A stretch of DNA of 64,000 nucleotides from a virus. Below, one piece after another: positions 18,409 to 27,483 of this stretch. Position numbers and translations under genes: made by a program. The notes under the pieces are model-generated. The model was not told the origin of the DNA and did no database searches. It saw only the letters and a list, made by a program, of their open reading frames with translations. Location: positions 59,223 to 123,222 of IMG/VR virus record IMGVR_UViG_3300044977_000123; one strand, written 5' to 3'. Within the stretch, counting starts at the first letter, position 1; each line of letters starts with the position of its first letter.

Positions 18409-18429
18409 AGGAGAGGAGGGGCTCAGCCG

Positions 18430-20373
18430 ATGTCGGACCTCACGTACTCCTGGGCACCGATCACCAAGTCAGAGAAGCAGGACGACGGGACACTGCTGGT
18501 CTACGGACCCGCCGCGTCCTCCGCCCTCGACCGCGATCAACAGCGCCTCGATGCGGCGTGGCTGGACGAAGCCATGCCCCGCTGGATGGCGGACGACGGT
18601 GGCGCAGGCGGGGCGATCCGGGAGCAGCACGACAGCAAAAGGGCCGTCGGGATCGGCGTGGGCCTATCCAAGGCCGCCGACGGCTCGCACATGCTTACCG
18701 CCCGGATCGTCGACCCGATCGCCGTAAAGAAGATCGAGTACGGGGTCCTCAAGGGCTTCTCCGTCGGGATCAAGAACCCGCGTGTGGTCATGGGCAAGGC
18801 GGATGCGCCAAACGGGCTGGTCACGGCTGGTGATGTCGTCGAAGTCTCCGTCTGCGACAGGCCCGCTAACCCGGAATGCCTGTTTCAGATGGCTAAGTCT
18901 GATTCATTCGGTTCGCTCGAACTGGTCGAGGACCCGCAGGTCGTCGAGAAGGCCGATGACACCTTCGGCCTCCTGCCCGAGCTTTACGACCGCCTCGCCG
19001 CCCCGGTGAAGGATGCCCTCGCCGCGCTCGCTGCGGGTGGCGCGCAGGTCGAGGCCGAGGTCGCCAAGTCGGACAACGCCGACGACTCCCCAACTCCCGT
19101 GGTGGTGAACGTGATCGTGAAGACCGCAGATCCCGACGTCGCCAAGGGCTACAACACCGCAGAACGCAAGCGCATGGCGGACACAGGCCAGGCCATGTCC
19201 GACGGCAGCTTCCCGATCAAGACCAAGGCGGACCTGCGCCGGGCCATCAAGGCCGTCGGCCGGGGTGGCTCTGACCACGACGAGATCCGCGCCCACATCG
19301 CAAAGCGGGCTGCGGCCCTCGGATTGGAGGCCATGGTGCCCGACAACTGGAACGCCGACGGGTCGCTCAAGGACGCCCAGAAGGCGGACGCGGCGACGAT
19401 CGAGAAGGCCGAGCAGGTGCTGCGCGAGACGCGGACCCTCGCGCCCGAACTCGCCAAGGCCGACGACGACGCCTCGGACGTCAACGAGACCGGCAACGAG
19501 GGCTCGGACATCGACGGAGCGCAGGCCGCGATCGCCGCGATCGCCACGCTCATCATCGCCGAGGCCGAGTCTCTCGCCGCAGGGAACCTCAACGAGGCGT
19601 GCGACATCAGCATCCTGGTGTCCGCCGTCGAGTCCCTGAAGTGGTTCATCGCCCGCGAGCAGGGCGAGGATCAGGGCGACGACAACCTCATGCTCGCCGA
19701 CGACGCCGAGCTGCTCAAGGCCGCCGCGCCAAAGGGCAAGAACGGCGGCAAGCTCGCCCCGCCGTTCAAGAAGAAGGACGCCGACAACGAGGACGACTCG
19801 GAAGACGACGCCGAAGACGGCGACGACACCGAGGACGACGACGCGGACGACGACGAGAAGCCGGCCGCAAAGAAGAAGGCCGCCAAGGCTGACGCGGGCG
19901 AGCTCCTGACGAAGGCCGACGCCGACGCCGCCATCAAGGCCGCGGTCGCGCAGGCCCTTGCCGCTGCCGCGCCCGAGACTTCTCCGGCGGAGACGCCGGA
20001 GACCGTGACCAAGGCTGATCTCGCCGAGATGGTGAAGGCCGCTGTGGCAGAGGCCACGTCCGCCGCACAGGAGCGCACCGATGCGCTCGCGGCCGACCTG
20101 GCAAAGGCCGAGGAGCGACTGAGCACCCAGGCGGACGAACTGGTCAAGACCGCGGGCGCTGTTCAGGCCCTGCGTGACACCCCGCTGCCCGGCGGCCCCG
20201 TGCTGACGCGCACCAGCGCGCAGGCGACGGCAGCGGTGCAGACCGACGCGGCGCGCATGCGCGCCCAGGCGGACGAGCTGATCGAGAAGGCCGAGCGGTT
20301 CGCCTCGAACCCGACCCTCGCGCAGGGCTACCGGGCTCGCGCCCGGGACCTGCTGGAGAAGGCCTCCGCCTGA
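18430..20373 (+). CDS. Prohead protease-scaffold fusion
   Basis: HK97-type protease motifs IREQH, GFSVGI, EVSVCDRPANP; long acidic/helical scaffold region. Confidence 0.9.
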   Translation: MSDLTYSWAPITKSEKQDDGTLLVYGPAASSALDRDQQRLDAAWLDEAMPRWMADDGGAGGAIREQHDSKRAVGIGVGLSKAADGSHMLTARIVDPIAVKKIEYGVLKGFSVGIKNPRVVMGKADAPNGLVTAGDVVEVSVCDRPANPECLFQMAKSDSFGSLELVEDPQVVEKADDTFGLLPELYDRLAAPVKDALAALAAGGAQVEAEVAKSDNADDSPTPVVVNVIVKTADPDVAKGYNTAERKRMADTGQAMSDGSFPIKTKADLRRAIKAVGRGGSDHDEIRAHIAKRAAALGLEAMVPDNWNADGSLKDAQKADAATIEKAEQVLRETRTLAPELAKADDDASDVNETGNEGSDIDGAQAAIAAIATLIIAEAESLAAGNLNEACDISILVSAVESLKWFIAREQGEDQGDDNLMLADDAELLKAAAPKGKNGGKLAPPFKKKDADNEDDSEDDAEDGDDTEDDDADDDEKPAAKKKAAKADAGELLTKADADAAIKAAVAQALAAAAPETSPAETPETVTKADLAEMVKAAVAEATSAAQERTDALAADLAKAEERLSTQADELVKTAGAVQALRDTPLPGGPVLTRTSAQATAAVQTDAARMRAQADELIEKAERFASNPTLAQGYRARARDLLEKASA

Positions 20374-20455
20374 GAGTCGCCGCACTACCCCCCTGTCTGA
20401 CACACCCAGGCCTCCGGATTCCCGGGGGGCCTTTGGCATGAAAAGGAGTAGAGCC

Positions 20456-22213
20456 GTGGCTCTGCCCGCAAACACCGAAGTGATGTTCGGCCGGTCCCCG
20501 CAGGCCGAGAAGCTGTCCGACGTCGAGGTCACCTACAAGTTCGACGAGCTCATGAAGACGATCGACTCGGCGCCGACGCGCCGGGTCGGCCGCGACGAGA
20601 TGGCCGGCGGCATGGGCCATGGGACTCCGCTGGCGTTCGAGCGCGGCCCGGCGAACGCGCTGGAGGCGCTGCAGAAGTCGCTCAGTCCTGCGCTGACGAA
20701 GGGCATGTCGGCGGAGTCCCTCGCGTCGATCACCAACGCCCTGCAGGAGCTGGGTGCGCAGCAGCCGGACCTGATGAAGGACCTGTCGCTGACCAATCCG
20801 ATCTCGGACGGCCTGGTCGCGTTCGACCTTGAAGCGCCCGCCAAGATCCTCGCGCCTCGCCCGACGCCGCTGCGGAACCGGCTGCCGCGCGAGAAGGGCA
20901 TCGGCACCAGCCGCCGCTTCAAGGTCATCTCCGGCTTCACCGGTTCCGGCACGGGCGGCCTGGGCAACATCCACCCTGGTATCCAGGACTCGACCCAGAA
21001 CAACTTCGCGCCGTCCGGATCGAGCAACTCGCTCTACTACGCCCGCGGCCCGAAGATCGCGTACGCCGGTTACGACACCACGCTCGCCTACTCGCAGTTC
21101 AGCATGTCCGACGAGGTCACCTGGTCCGCGCAGTACGCCGGCCAGGGCTACCAGGACATCCGGCAGCTCTCCCGCACGAGCCTGCTGTACGCGAGCATGC
21201 TGATGGAGGAGCGCATGCTCCTCATGGGCCGCGGCACCACGGGCAACGGCTACATCGGCGCCCTGGCCGCGCCGACCAGCCTGACCGGCACCGCGCAGAC
21301 CCCGGCCACCGGTCAGGTCCCGCTGACCGGCTTCACGACCGACATCTACGTCAAGGTCACCTCCGACGCCGGTGGTGGCGCGGGCACCGGCTACGGCTTC
21401 GGCGAGTCCGTTCCCACCTCCGCCGTCACGGTGGCGGTCAGCGCGGGCCAGAACGTCGTGCTCACCCTGACCGATGCGGCGCAGGCCGTCGGCTACAACG
21501 TGTACGTCTCCACCGGCGCGAGCGACCCCGGGGACGCGGCCCGCTGGTTCATGACCCACGTCCCCGGGCTGGACGCCAACGGGCAGATCGTCCTCCAGGG
21601 CGCACTGCCGACGTCCGGCAAGACCGTCCCCACTGCGGACTCCTCGGCGTACGCCGCTGGCTACGACGGCATCCTGCCGTGGGTCATGGGCCCGAACGGC
21701 GGCTACAACAAGAAGATCAACGGCCTGTTCTCGACCAGCAACCCGGGCATCGAGTACCAGACCGCACTCGCGTCGCTGTACGCCAGCGTCAAGGCCGACC
21801 CGGACCGGATCATGTTCAACGGCAGTGACAGGAAGCAGCTGTCCGACACCCTCAAGGCGGGGACGTCGAACAACTACTTCTTCCAGGTCACCCAGGACCA
21901 GCTCACCGGCGTCACCCTCGGGTCCGTGTCCGTCGCGCTGGTCAACGAGACGACCGGCAAGCGCGTGGACATGGAGGTCCACCCGTGGATGCCGCAGGGC
22001 GTCTCGCCGATCATCTCGGACACCCTGCCGATCCCGGACACCCAGGTCAGCAACATCTGGTCTGTCGTCAACGTGCAGGACTTCATGGGGATCGACTGGC
22101 CCGTGAACCAGTTCGCCTATGAGTCCAGCTCGTACTGGTTTGGTGGTTTCGTCTGCTACGCCCCCGCCTGGAACGGCTGCATCTCCGGCATCAACTACGT
22201 CGGCCAGCCGTAA
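20456..22213 (+). CDS. Major capsid protein with Ig/FN3-like insertion
   Basis: Follows protease; AAGGAG RBS; N-terminal delta-like region; LAAPTSL...YVKVT...GES...GYNVYVS insertion; followed by terminator. Confidence 0.85.
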   Translation: MALPANTEVMFGRSPQAEKLSDVEVTYKFDELMKTIDSAPTRRVGRDEMAGGMGHGTPLAFERGPANALEALQKSLSPALTKGMSAESLASITNALQELGAQQPDLMKDLSLTNPISDGLVAFDLEAPAKILAPRPTPLRNRLPREKGIGTSRRFKVISGFTGSGTGGLGNIHPGIQDSTQNNFAPSGSSNSLYYARGPKIAYAGYDTTLAYSQFSMSDEVTWSAQYAGQGYQDIRQLSRTSLLYASMLMEERMLLMGRGTTGNGYIGALAAPTSLTGTAQTPATGQVPLTGFTTDIYVKVTSDAGGGAGTGYGFGESVPTSAVTVAVSAGQNVVLTLTDAAQAVGYNVYVSTGASDPGDAARWFMTHVPGLDANGQIVLQGALPTSGKTVPTADSSAYAAGYDGILPWVMGPNGGYNKKINGLFSTSNPGIEYQTALASLYASVKADPDRIMFNGSDRKQLSDTLKAGTSNNYFFQVTQDQLTGVTLGSVSVALVNETTGKRVDMEVHPWMPQGVSPIISDTLPIPDTQVSNIWSVVNVQDFMGIDWPVNQFAYESSSYWFGGFVCYAPAWNGCISGINYVGQP

Positions 22214-22219
22214 CCCCGT

Positions 22220-22252
22220 GGCTCCCGCGCATCGGTGACGACGCGCGGGAGC
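22220..22252 (+). terminator. Hairpin after capsid gene
   Basis: GGCTCCCGCGC/GCGCGGGAGCC 11-bp stem. Confidence 0.6.
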
Positions 22253-22286
22253 CCCCCCCGCCCAACCCTCAAGGAAGGGGGCCCCA

Positions 22287-22550
22287 GTGCCCCGCATTGC
22301 CGCCCCCGACGGTGCTGTCGCCGGGATGGAGATCCGCGACCCGCGAACCGACCGGATCAAGCGCTACGACGGCCGGATCATGGACGTCGACAATCCCATG
22401 CACGTCAAGGCCCTGGTCGGCGAGGGCGCGTTCCTGGCGTCGCTGGCGGGGACGGCGCGCCGCTCGACGGGCTACCGCTGCGCCTGCGGATTCGGGTCGT
22501 ACCTGCCGACGTGCTCCCGCTGCGGCGGGACCTGCTCGAAGGAGAGCTGA
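22287..22550 (+). CDS. Small Zn-ribbon protein
   Basis: CACG...CSRCG; AAGGGGG RBS. Confidence 0.7.
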   Translation: MPRIAAPDGAVAGMEIRDPRTDRIKRYDGRIMDVDNPMHVKALVGEGAFLASLAGTARRSTGYRCACGFGSYLPTCSRCGGTCSKES

Positions 22551-22882
22551 TGCCACCGCGCGCCAAGAAGGCCACCGCAGCTGCACCGACGCCAACGCCG
22601 GTCGAATCGATGCTCGTGCCTGATGAGGCCGACTCCGTCGAGCCGGCCGCCGCCGTTGAGCCCGAGCCGCAGACGGCCGAACCGCCAGTCGCCCGAGGCG
22701 CCCCGCCTGTCGAGCCCGATCCGGTGCCTTCGGTCGAGCCGGCCGAACCTGAACTCCCCGTCGCCACCTGGGAACCCGGCGAGCCGTGCCGTATCTGCTT
22801 CCCGATGGGTCCGATTCCGTCGGCGCGGGCAGTCGGCTGCGAGCACGGGACCTGGAAGCTTGTGGAGGTCACCGGTGGCTGA
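22550..22882 (+). CDS. Pro/Glu-rich protein with C-terminal CxxC...CEH
   Basis: AAGGAG RBS, TGATG coupling. Confidence 0.65.
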   Translation: MPPRAKKATAAAPTPTPVESMLVPDEADSVEPAAAVEPEPQTAEPPVARGAPPVEPDPVPSVEPAEPELPVATWEPGEPCRICFPMGPIPSARAVGCEHGTWKLVEVTGG

Positions 22883-23336
22883 GATCGTCCAGGGCTTCGG
22901 GCAGGCCGCTGTCACCCAGCCCACCATCAACCTGGGCCAGCCTGCTGCACAGGCTGTGGCGATCACCGACGGCGAGGGCAACCTCATGTCACTCGCCGGC
23001 AACGGCACCCTCGCCACGTCCAGCGGGTCGGGGCCGTACGAGTCACTGAACGCTGCGACGACAACGGGCGCAGGCGCGGTCTTCGATCTCGGTGTCGTGC
23101 GGTCCGTGCACACCATGCAGACCATGGTGACCGGCTCGCCGGTCAGCGTGACGGTTGTTCTGGTCGGGTCTCTGTCCGCGTCCGGTCCGTGGCTGACTCT
23201 GGCGACGTCGACCTCGACGACGGGTGACGTCCAGACCGCGAGCGGCAAGGCCGTCCGATACGTCGCCGCGAACCTCACGACTCTCACGGGCGGCACGGCA
23301 CCGACCGTCACGGCACTGATCGCCTCGGCGCAGTAG
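22875..23336 (+). CDS. Putative head decoration/structural beta protein
   Basis: GGAGG RBS; Thr/Gly-rich, VRYVAANL motif. Confidence 0.65.
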   Translation: MAEIVQGFGQAAVTQPTINLGQPAAQAVAITDGEGNLMSLAGNGTLATSSGSGPYESLNAATTTGAGAVFDLGVVRSVHTMQTMVTGSPVSVTVVLVGSLSASGPWLTLATSTSTTGDVQTASGKAVRYVAANLTTLTGGTAPTVTALIASAQ

Positions 23337-23349
23337 GGAGGCGATTGCC

Positions 23350-23529
23350 ATGCCGGTCAAGGTACGCATTCCCGGGCGCGGAGGCACCGATCAGCGTGAG
23401 GTCGAGAAGGCGGAGGACATCGCGGTCGACGAGACCGGAGCACTCGTCCTAACGGCCGGCCAGGGGCGTGATGAGGTGACGGTCGCCGTCTGGGCTCCTG
23501 GGATGTGGATCTCGGCCGAGCAGGCGTAG
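23350..23529 (+). CDS. 59-aa protein (below ORF-track cutoff)
   Basis: GGGAGG RBS; MPVKVRIPG...VDETGALVL...TVAVWAPGMWISAEQA; paralogous to the N module of 5299-5994. Confidence 0.7.
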   Translation: MPVKVRIPGRGGTDQREVEKAEDIAVDETGALVLTAGQGRDEVTVAVWAPGMWISAEQA

Positions 23530-23531
23530 CC

Positions 23532-23876
23532 GTGGCGAAGAAGCCGAGGAAGAAGTTCCACCTCTCCACCGCGGCCCGCAAGCGCATCGCCGCGAAGGAC
23601 AAGGCGGCGATCTCCAAGAAGCTCAAGGGCCGCCACTTCAAGGTCAGGCACTGGGCAAAGGCCAAGTCGAAGACCAAGACGAAGACCAAGGCGAAGGCGG
23701 CAAAGAAGGCGACCACAGCCCACGCCCCCAGAGCGCACCTCGGCGGCCGGCATGCGGTCGGCACACATTTCGGGCCCCGCTACCAGGCCTCTCGTGGCAC
23801 GCAGCTCGGTCCCGTCGACCAGCGCCACGCCAGCAAGCGGGGCACCCACTTCGGTCCGCGACACAAGGGGGGCTGA
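23532..23876 (+). CDS. Highly basic Lys/His/Arg-rich protein
   Basis: KAKSKTKTKTKAKAAKK; three GT(H/Q)(F/L)GP repeats; a single acidic residue. Confidence 0.65.
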   Translation: MAKKPRKKFHLSTAARKRIAAKDKAAISKKLKGRHFKVRHWAKAKSKTKTKTKAKAAKKATTAHAPRAHLGGRHAVGTHFGPRYQASRGTQLGPVDQRHASKRGTHFGPRHKGG

Positions 23877-23879
23877 CCG

Positions 23880-24773
23880 GTGCCTGTGGCCCCGTATGTG
23901 TCCACGTCCGCTTTCCAGGCCCATCCGACCTACCTGGATCTGGACGACCTTCGGTCGGGCTCTTCTCTGCAGTCCGACCAGACGGCCGAGCTGACGAACG
24001 TCCTGCTGATGGCGACGCAGTGGTGCGACAACTATGCCGAACAGCCGCTGGCCGCGCACGTCGTCGTGCAGAACACGCGGGCCCGCACCGACCGGTACGG
24101 GAATCTGCGGCTGCACCTGGATCACTCGCCCTACCTCGGGCTCGTGCAGGTCGGCTACGGGTACACGATCGGCGCGCTGACCGTGCTGTCCGCGCCGACG
24201 GCGTGGGAGCAGGACAACAACCTGACGCTGTCACTCGGGCCGAGCAGTTCGCCCTGGTCGGGCAGTCTGCAGTTCGGGTTCCCCGGGAACGGCTCCGAAC
24301 TGTACGTGCAGGCCGTGTACACCGCTGGATGGGTCGGCACGCAGCTCGCGGCCGATGGCAGTGCTGGTGCGACGAGCCTGACGGTGGCCGATCCGACGGG
24401 CATCCTCCCCGGCGCCCAGTACCGGATCTGGGATCCGGGCTCGGAGGAGACCGTCACGGTATCGACGTCCTGGGTGCCGCCGACGATCAGTGTCCCGCCG
24501 CTCGCGCCGACGCCGACCGCCATCAGCCTCGCCTCCCCGACCCTGTTCTCGCACTCCGCGTCGCAGGACTTCTCCGGGATGCCGGCCGACCTGCGCCTAG
24601 CTGTCGTCAACTACGCCGTGAGCCAGCTCATGCGCCCCGACACGGCGGCCGAGGACTCCTATCCGGATACGAAGCTGGCGACCGGAACCCGGCAGGCCGA
24701 CAGCAGGCAGGACGGCTCGGGTCTGGTCGCCGAGGCCACACGGATCCTGGAGAAGTACCGGAGGGTTCGGTGA
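23880..24773 (+). CDS. Head-tail connector/adaptor with inserted beta domain
   Basis: PY...ATQWCDNY...PADLRLAV...ILEKYRRV gp6/gp15-like pattern. Confidence 0.75.
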   Translation: MPVAPYVSTSAFQAHPTYLDLDDLRSGSSLQSDQTAELTNVLLMATQWCDNYAEQPLAAHVVVQNTRARTDRYGNLRLHLDHSPYLGLVQVGYGYTIGALTVLSAPTAWEQDNNLTLSLGPSSSPWSGSLQFGFPGNGSELYVQAVYTAGWVGTQLAADGSAGATSLTVADPTGILPGAQYRIWDPGSEETVTVSTSWVPPTISVPPLAPTPTAISLASPTLFSHSASQDFSGMPADLRLAVVNYAVSQLMRPDTAAEDSYPDTKLATGTRQADSRQDGSGLVAEATRILEKYRRVR

Positions 24774-25300
24774 GCATCCAGTCCGTTCTCGACGGGGTGT
24801 GCCGGTACTTCGGCGGTCCCTACGACGAGTTGTCCCGCACCTACCGGTCTTCGCCGATTCCCGGCGTGGGCGTTGTGCGGCGTGCATTTCCGAAGCGCGA
24901 CGACCATGCGGACTTCTTCAACGGCGAAGCGCCGGGCGCCCGGACTGGTGCGCTGATGGTCGTCACGATCTACCGGCAGAAGGAGTTCCGCGTCGCGCTC
25001 GGCGGTGAGCACTCCGGCATGAAGCAGGTCAACTACGAGGTCGCGCTCGTCTGCTACCTGCGGTCCCGCACGCCGTACGCCGAGGACGCCCAGGACGACG
25101 CGTACGCCCTGCGGGACTCGATCGTCGAGTGGATGCGGCAGGACCGCACGCTCGGCAACGCGGTCTTCACGGCCGGCGAGTTCATCGAAGGCGCCGGAAA
25201 CGGCATCTCGTGCAGCTACGGCCAGCCCGAGACGAAGGCCGAGCTGACGAAGCACGTCATCGAAGTCACTTTCGCGGCCTGCGAGTTCGTCCAAGCCTGA
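24770..25300 (+). CDS. Tail terminator/completion protein
   Basis: Position; MRQDRTLGNAV motif. Confidence 0.65.
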   Translation: MSIQSVLDGVCRYFGGPYDELSRTYRSSPIPGVGVVRRAFPKRDDHADFFNGEAPGARTGALMVVTIYRQKEFRVALGGEHSGMKQVNYEVALVCYLRSRTPYAEDAQDDAYALRDSIVEWMRQDRTLGNAVFTAGEFIEGAGNGISCSYGQPETKAELTKHVIEVTFAACEFVQA

Positions 25301-25351
25301 CCTGATTCTCCTTGATCTCTACCCGTCCGCGATGCGTCCGGGAGGCGCCGC

Positions 25352-25633
25352 ATGCCCCGAACAACCCCGCCGCCCGAGCCCACCGAAACCTCAGAGGCCC
25401 CCGCCGACGCGGGGGCCTTGTCGGCTCCGGCAGCGCACATCTACACCGCGCCATATCCGGTGACCTACCCCCATATCCCGCTGACCTGCCGCGAGGGCGA
25501 CGTGTGGGCGTGGCCCGACGGCATCGCCCCGGCCGACGGCCGCTGGGCCGTCACCGACCTGCCCGTGAACACGCACCCGGACAACGAGCCCCGCCCGGCG
25601 ATCTCGCCGGCCGACACCGTAGAGGAGGGGTGA
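25352..25633 (+). CDS. Hypothetical protein
   Basis: GGGAGG RBS; precedes tail tube. Confidence 0.6.
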   Translation: MPRTTPPPEPTETSEAPADAGALSAPAAHIYTAPYPVTYPHIPLTCREGDVWAWPDGIAPADGRWAVTDLPVNTHPDNEPRPAISPADTVEEG

Positions 25634-25636
25634 CCC

Positions 25637-26887
25637 GTGCCGACTCCCATCACGTGGGCTCCCAGCAAGCAGTTCCTGCTGATCGGCAACGAGGCCACAC
25701 AGGGCACCCCCGTCGCGGGGACGTGGACCCAGCTGATCGAGTCGCTGAAGCCGAAGGACATGCCGAAGTGGCTGTCCGACAAGGCATGGCGCGGCGCCAT
25801 GGCGACCGACTCGTTCAACGAGATCCAGGGCGTCAAGACCAGTGACATCGACGTCAGCGGCCCGGTCTTCGGCGACGGCATCGGGTTCTGGCTCCGGAAC
25901 ATCCTCGGCGACCTCGCAGTCACCGGGACGCCTACCGGGTCGGGCGCGACGACCCTGGGTACGGGCGGTGCGGCCGCTGGTGCGACGTCGTTCCCGGCGG
26001 TGGCGTCGATTCCGGCGAACACGCTGGTGCAGATCGGGACGGGTGCGACCGCGGAGTGCGTGACTACGGGCACGCCGACGGGTTCGGGCCCGTACACGAT
26101 CCCGATCACGACACCGTCGACCGGCCTGGTGTACGCGCACGCGGCAACTCAGGCCGTCACCCCGATCACGGGCCCGTACACCTACGCCTGGTCACTGCTC
26201 AACTCGGGCGGCGGCCAGCCGATCAGCCACACCCTGACGCACTACCTCGGGCCGACCGCGACGTCCGGCACCCGCCAGTACCCGGGCTTTTGTGCCAGCG
26301 AGTTGGACTTCAAGTTCAACGCCGAGTCGGAGCTACTGACGTTCGACTGCAAGGGCACGGCCTACCCGTCCGTGATTCTCGGGTCGCAGCCGACGGCGTC
26401 ACCGACCAGCGTGATCCCCATTGCGTCGTGGCAGACGACTGTCGGCATCGGCGGCACCGTCTCGGGCTCACCGGTGACAACGGTCAGCGACGGCGAGATC
26501 AACATCAAGCGCGAGCTCGGCGTGTTCTTCAACTCCAACGGAGTGCAGACACCGTTCATCATCCAGCGCGGCGGCCTCAGCGTCGCAGGGAAGCTGAACT
26601 TCGCGGCGGTCCCGAACGAGGCCGCGCTGCTGTACATGCTGAACAACACTCAGCCGCAGGTGCAGATCATCATCTCGAACGGCCTGTCCGGCACGAGCCT
26701 CGTCTCCGTCCAGTTCGACATCCAGGTCGCCGCATTCGAGGACGCCGAGCCCGAGACGTCGAAGACCGCCGTCGGCTACTCGACGTCGTTCAAGGCCGTC
26801 CTGAACTCCACCAATGCGGGCGGCAGCGGGAGCTACTCCCCCATCAAGGTGACCGTGACCTGCAACGTCCCCCCGAACACCTACTAA
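25637..26887 (+). CDS. Major tail (tube) protein with inserted domain
   Basis: IGNEATQGTP start, SHTL...YPG.C..L.F pattern, position before chaperone and TMP. Confidence 0.85.
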   Translation: MPTPITWAPSKQFLLIGNEATQGTPVAGTWTQLIESLKPKDMPKWLSDKAWRGAMATDSFNEIQGVKTSDIDVSGPVFGDGIGFWLRNILGDLAVTGTPTGSGATTLGTGGAAAGATSFPAVASIPANTLVQIGTGATAECVTTGTPTGSGPYTIPITTPSTGLVYAHAATQAVTPITGPYTYAWSLLNSGGGQPISHTLTHYLGPTATSGTRQYPGFCASELDFKFNAESELLTFDCKGTAYPSVILGSQPTASPTSVIPIASWQTTVGIGGTVSGSPVTTVSDGEINIKRELGVFFNSNGVQTPFIIQRGGLSVAGKLNFAAVPNEAALLYMLNNTQPQVQIIISNGLSGTSLVSVQFDIQVAAFEDAEPETSKTAVGYSTSFKAVLNSTNAGGSGSYSPIKVTVTCNVPPNTY

Positions 26888-26902
26888 CCGAACGGCACCC
26901 TC

Positions 26903-27262
26903 ATGTCCGAAACGATCACCCTTCCGTCCGGGAACTGGATCAGTCTGCGTGACTGGCGAGAACTGCGGCGCGGCGACAAGAAGAAGGCCCTCGGCCAGGT
27001 CGAGGACCCCGAGAGGCTCATCGCCGCAACCTACGACCTCGCCGACGGCCTCCTCATCCTCATGATCGAGAACTGGTCCTACGAGGGCCTGCTGATCCCC
27101 AGGGACGACCCGTCCAGCCTCGACCGCCTTCCCATGGAGGACGACAACGCCCTCATGCAGGCGATTCAGCCCGCCGTCCGCGCCCTGTTCCCCAAGGCGG
27201 CCGAAGCCACAGAGGAGCAGGTCGCCGACCCGGCGTCCCCTACCGAGCCCTCCGACGGATAG
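26903..27262 (+). CDS. Tail assembly chaperone (gpG-like)
   Basis: ITLPSG...IENWSY...DPASPT ending; position. Confidence 0.8.
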   Translation: MSETITLPSGNWISLRDWRELRRGDKKKALGQVEDPERLIAATYDLADGLLILMIENWSYEGLLIPRDDPSSLDRLPMEDDNALMQAIQPAVRALFPKAAEATEEQVADPASPTEPSDG

Positions 27263-27477
27263 CAGCCCGCATGGAGGGACGCCCTGTACCGGGCGGCCCC
27301 TTCCCGGTCACACCGGAGGAGGAAGCGGCCGTGTACCTTGCTTACGCGGACCGCTACAACTGGACCCCCGACCAGGTCGATGCGCTGCCTGCGTGGCTGG
27401 ATACGCATCTGCCCACCCTGGGGGACATGCTTGACGACCTGCGGGAAGCCGCCCAGAAGCGCGCCGCCCAGAAATGA
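27241..27477 (+). CDS. Tail chaperone extension (gpT-like), probably reached by -1 frameshift
   Basis: -1 frame reads YRALRRIAARMEG...YNWTPDQVDALP; slip candidate TCC-CCT-ACC at 27236-27244. Confidence 0.65.
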   Translation, partial: YRALRRIAARMEGRPVPGGPFPVTPEEEAAVYLAYADRYNWTPDQVDALPAWLDTHLPTLGDMLDDLREAAQKRAAQK

Positions 27478-27483
27478 GGCGCG

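Noticed and set aside
20144-22360. Long antisense ORFs here and at 31001-33946, 60165-61727 and 61961-63976
   Set aside because: Shadow ORFs of high-GC sense genes; no recognisable motifs.
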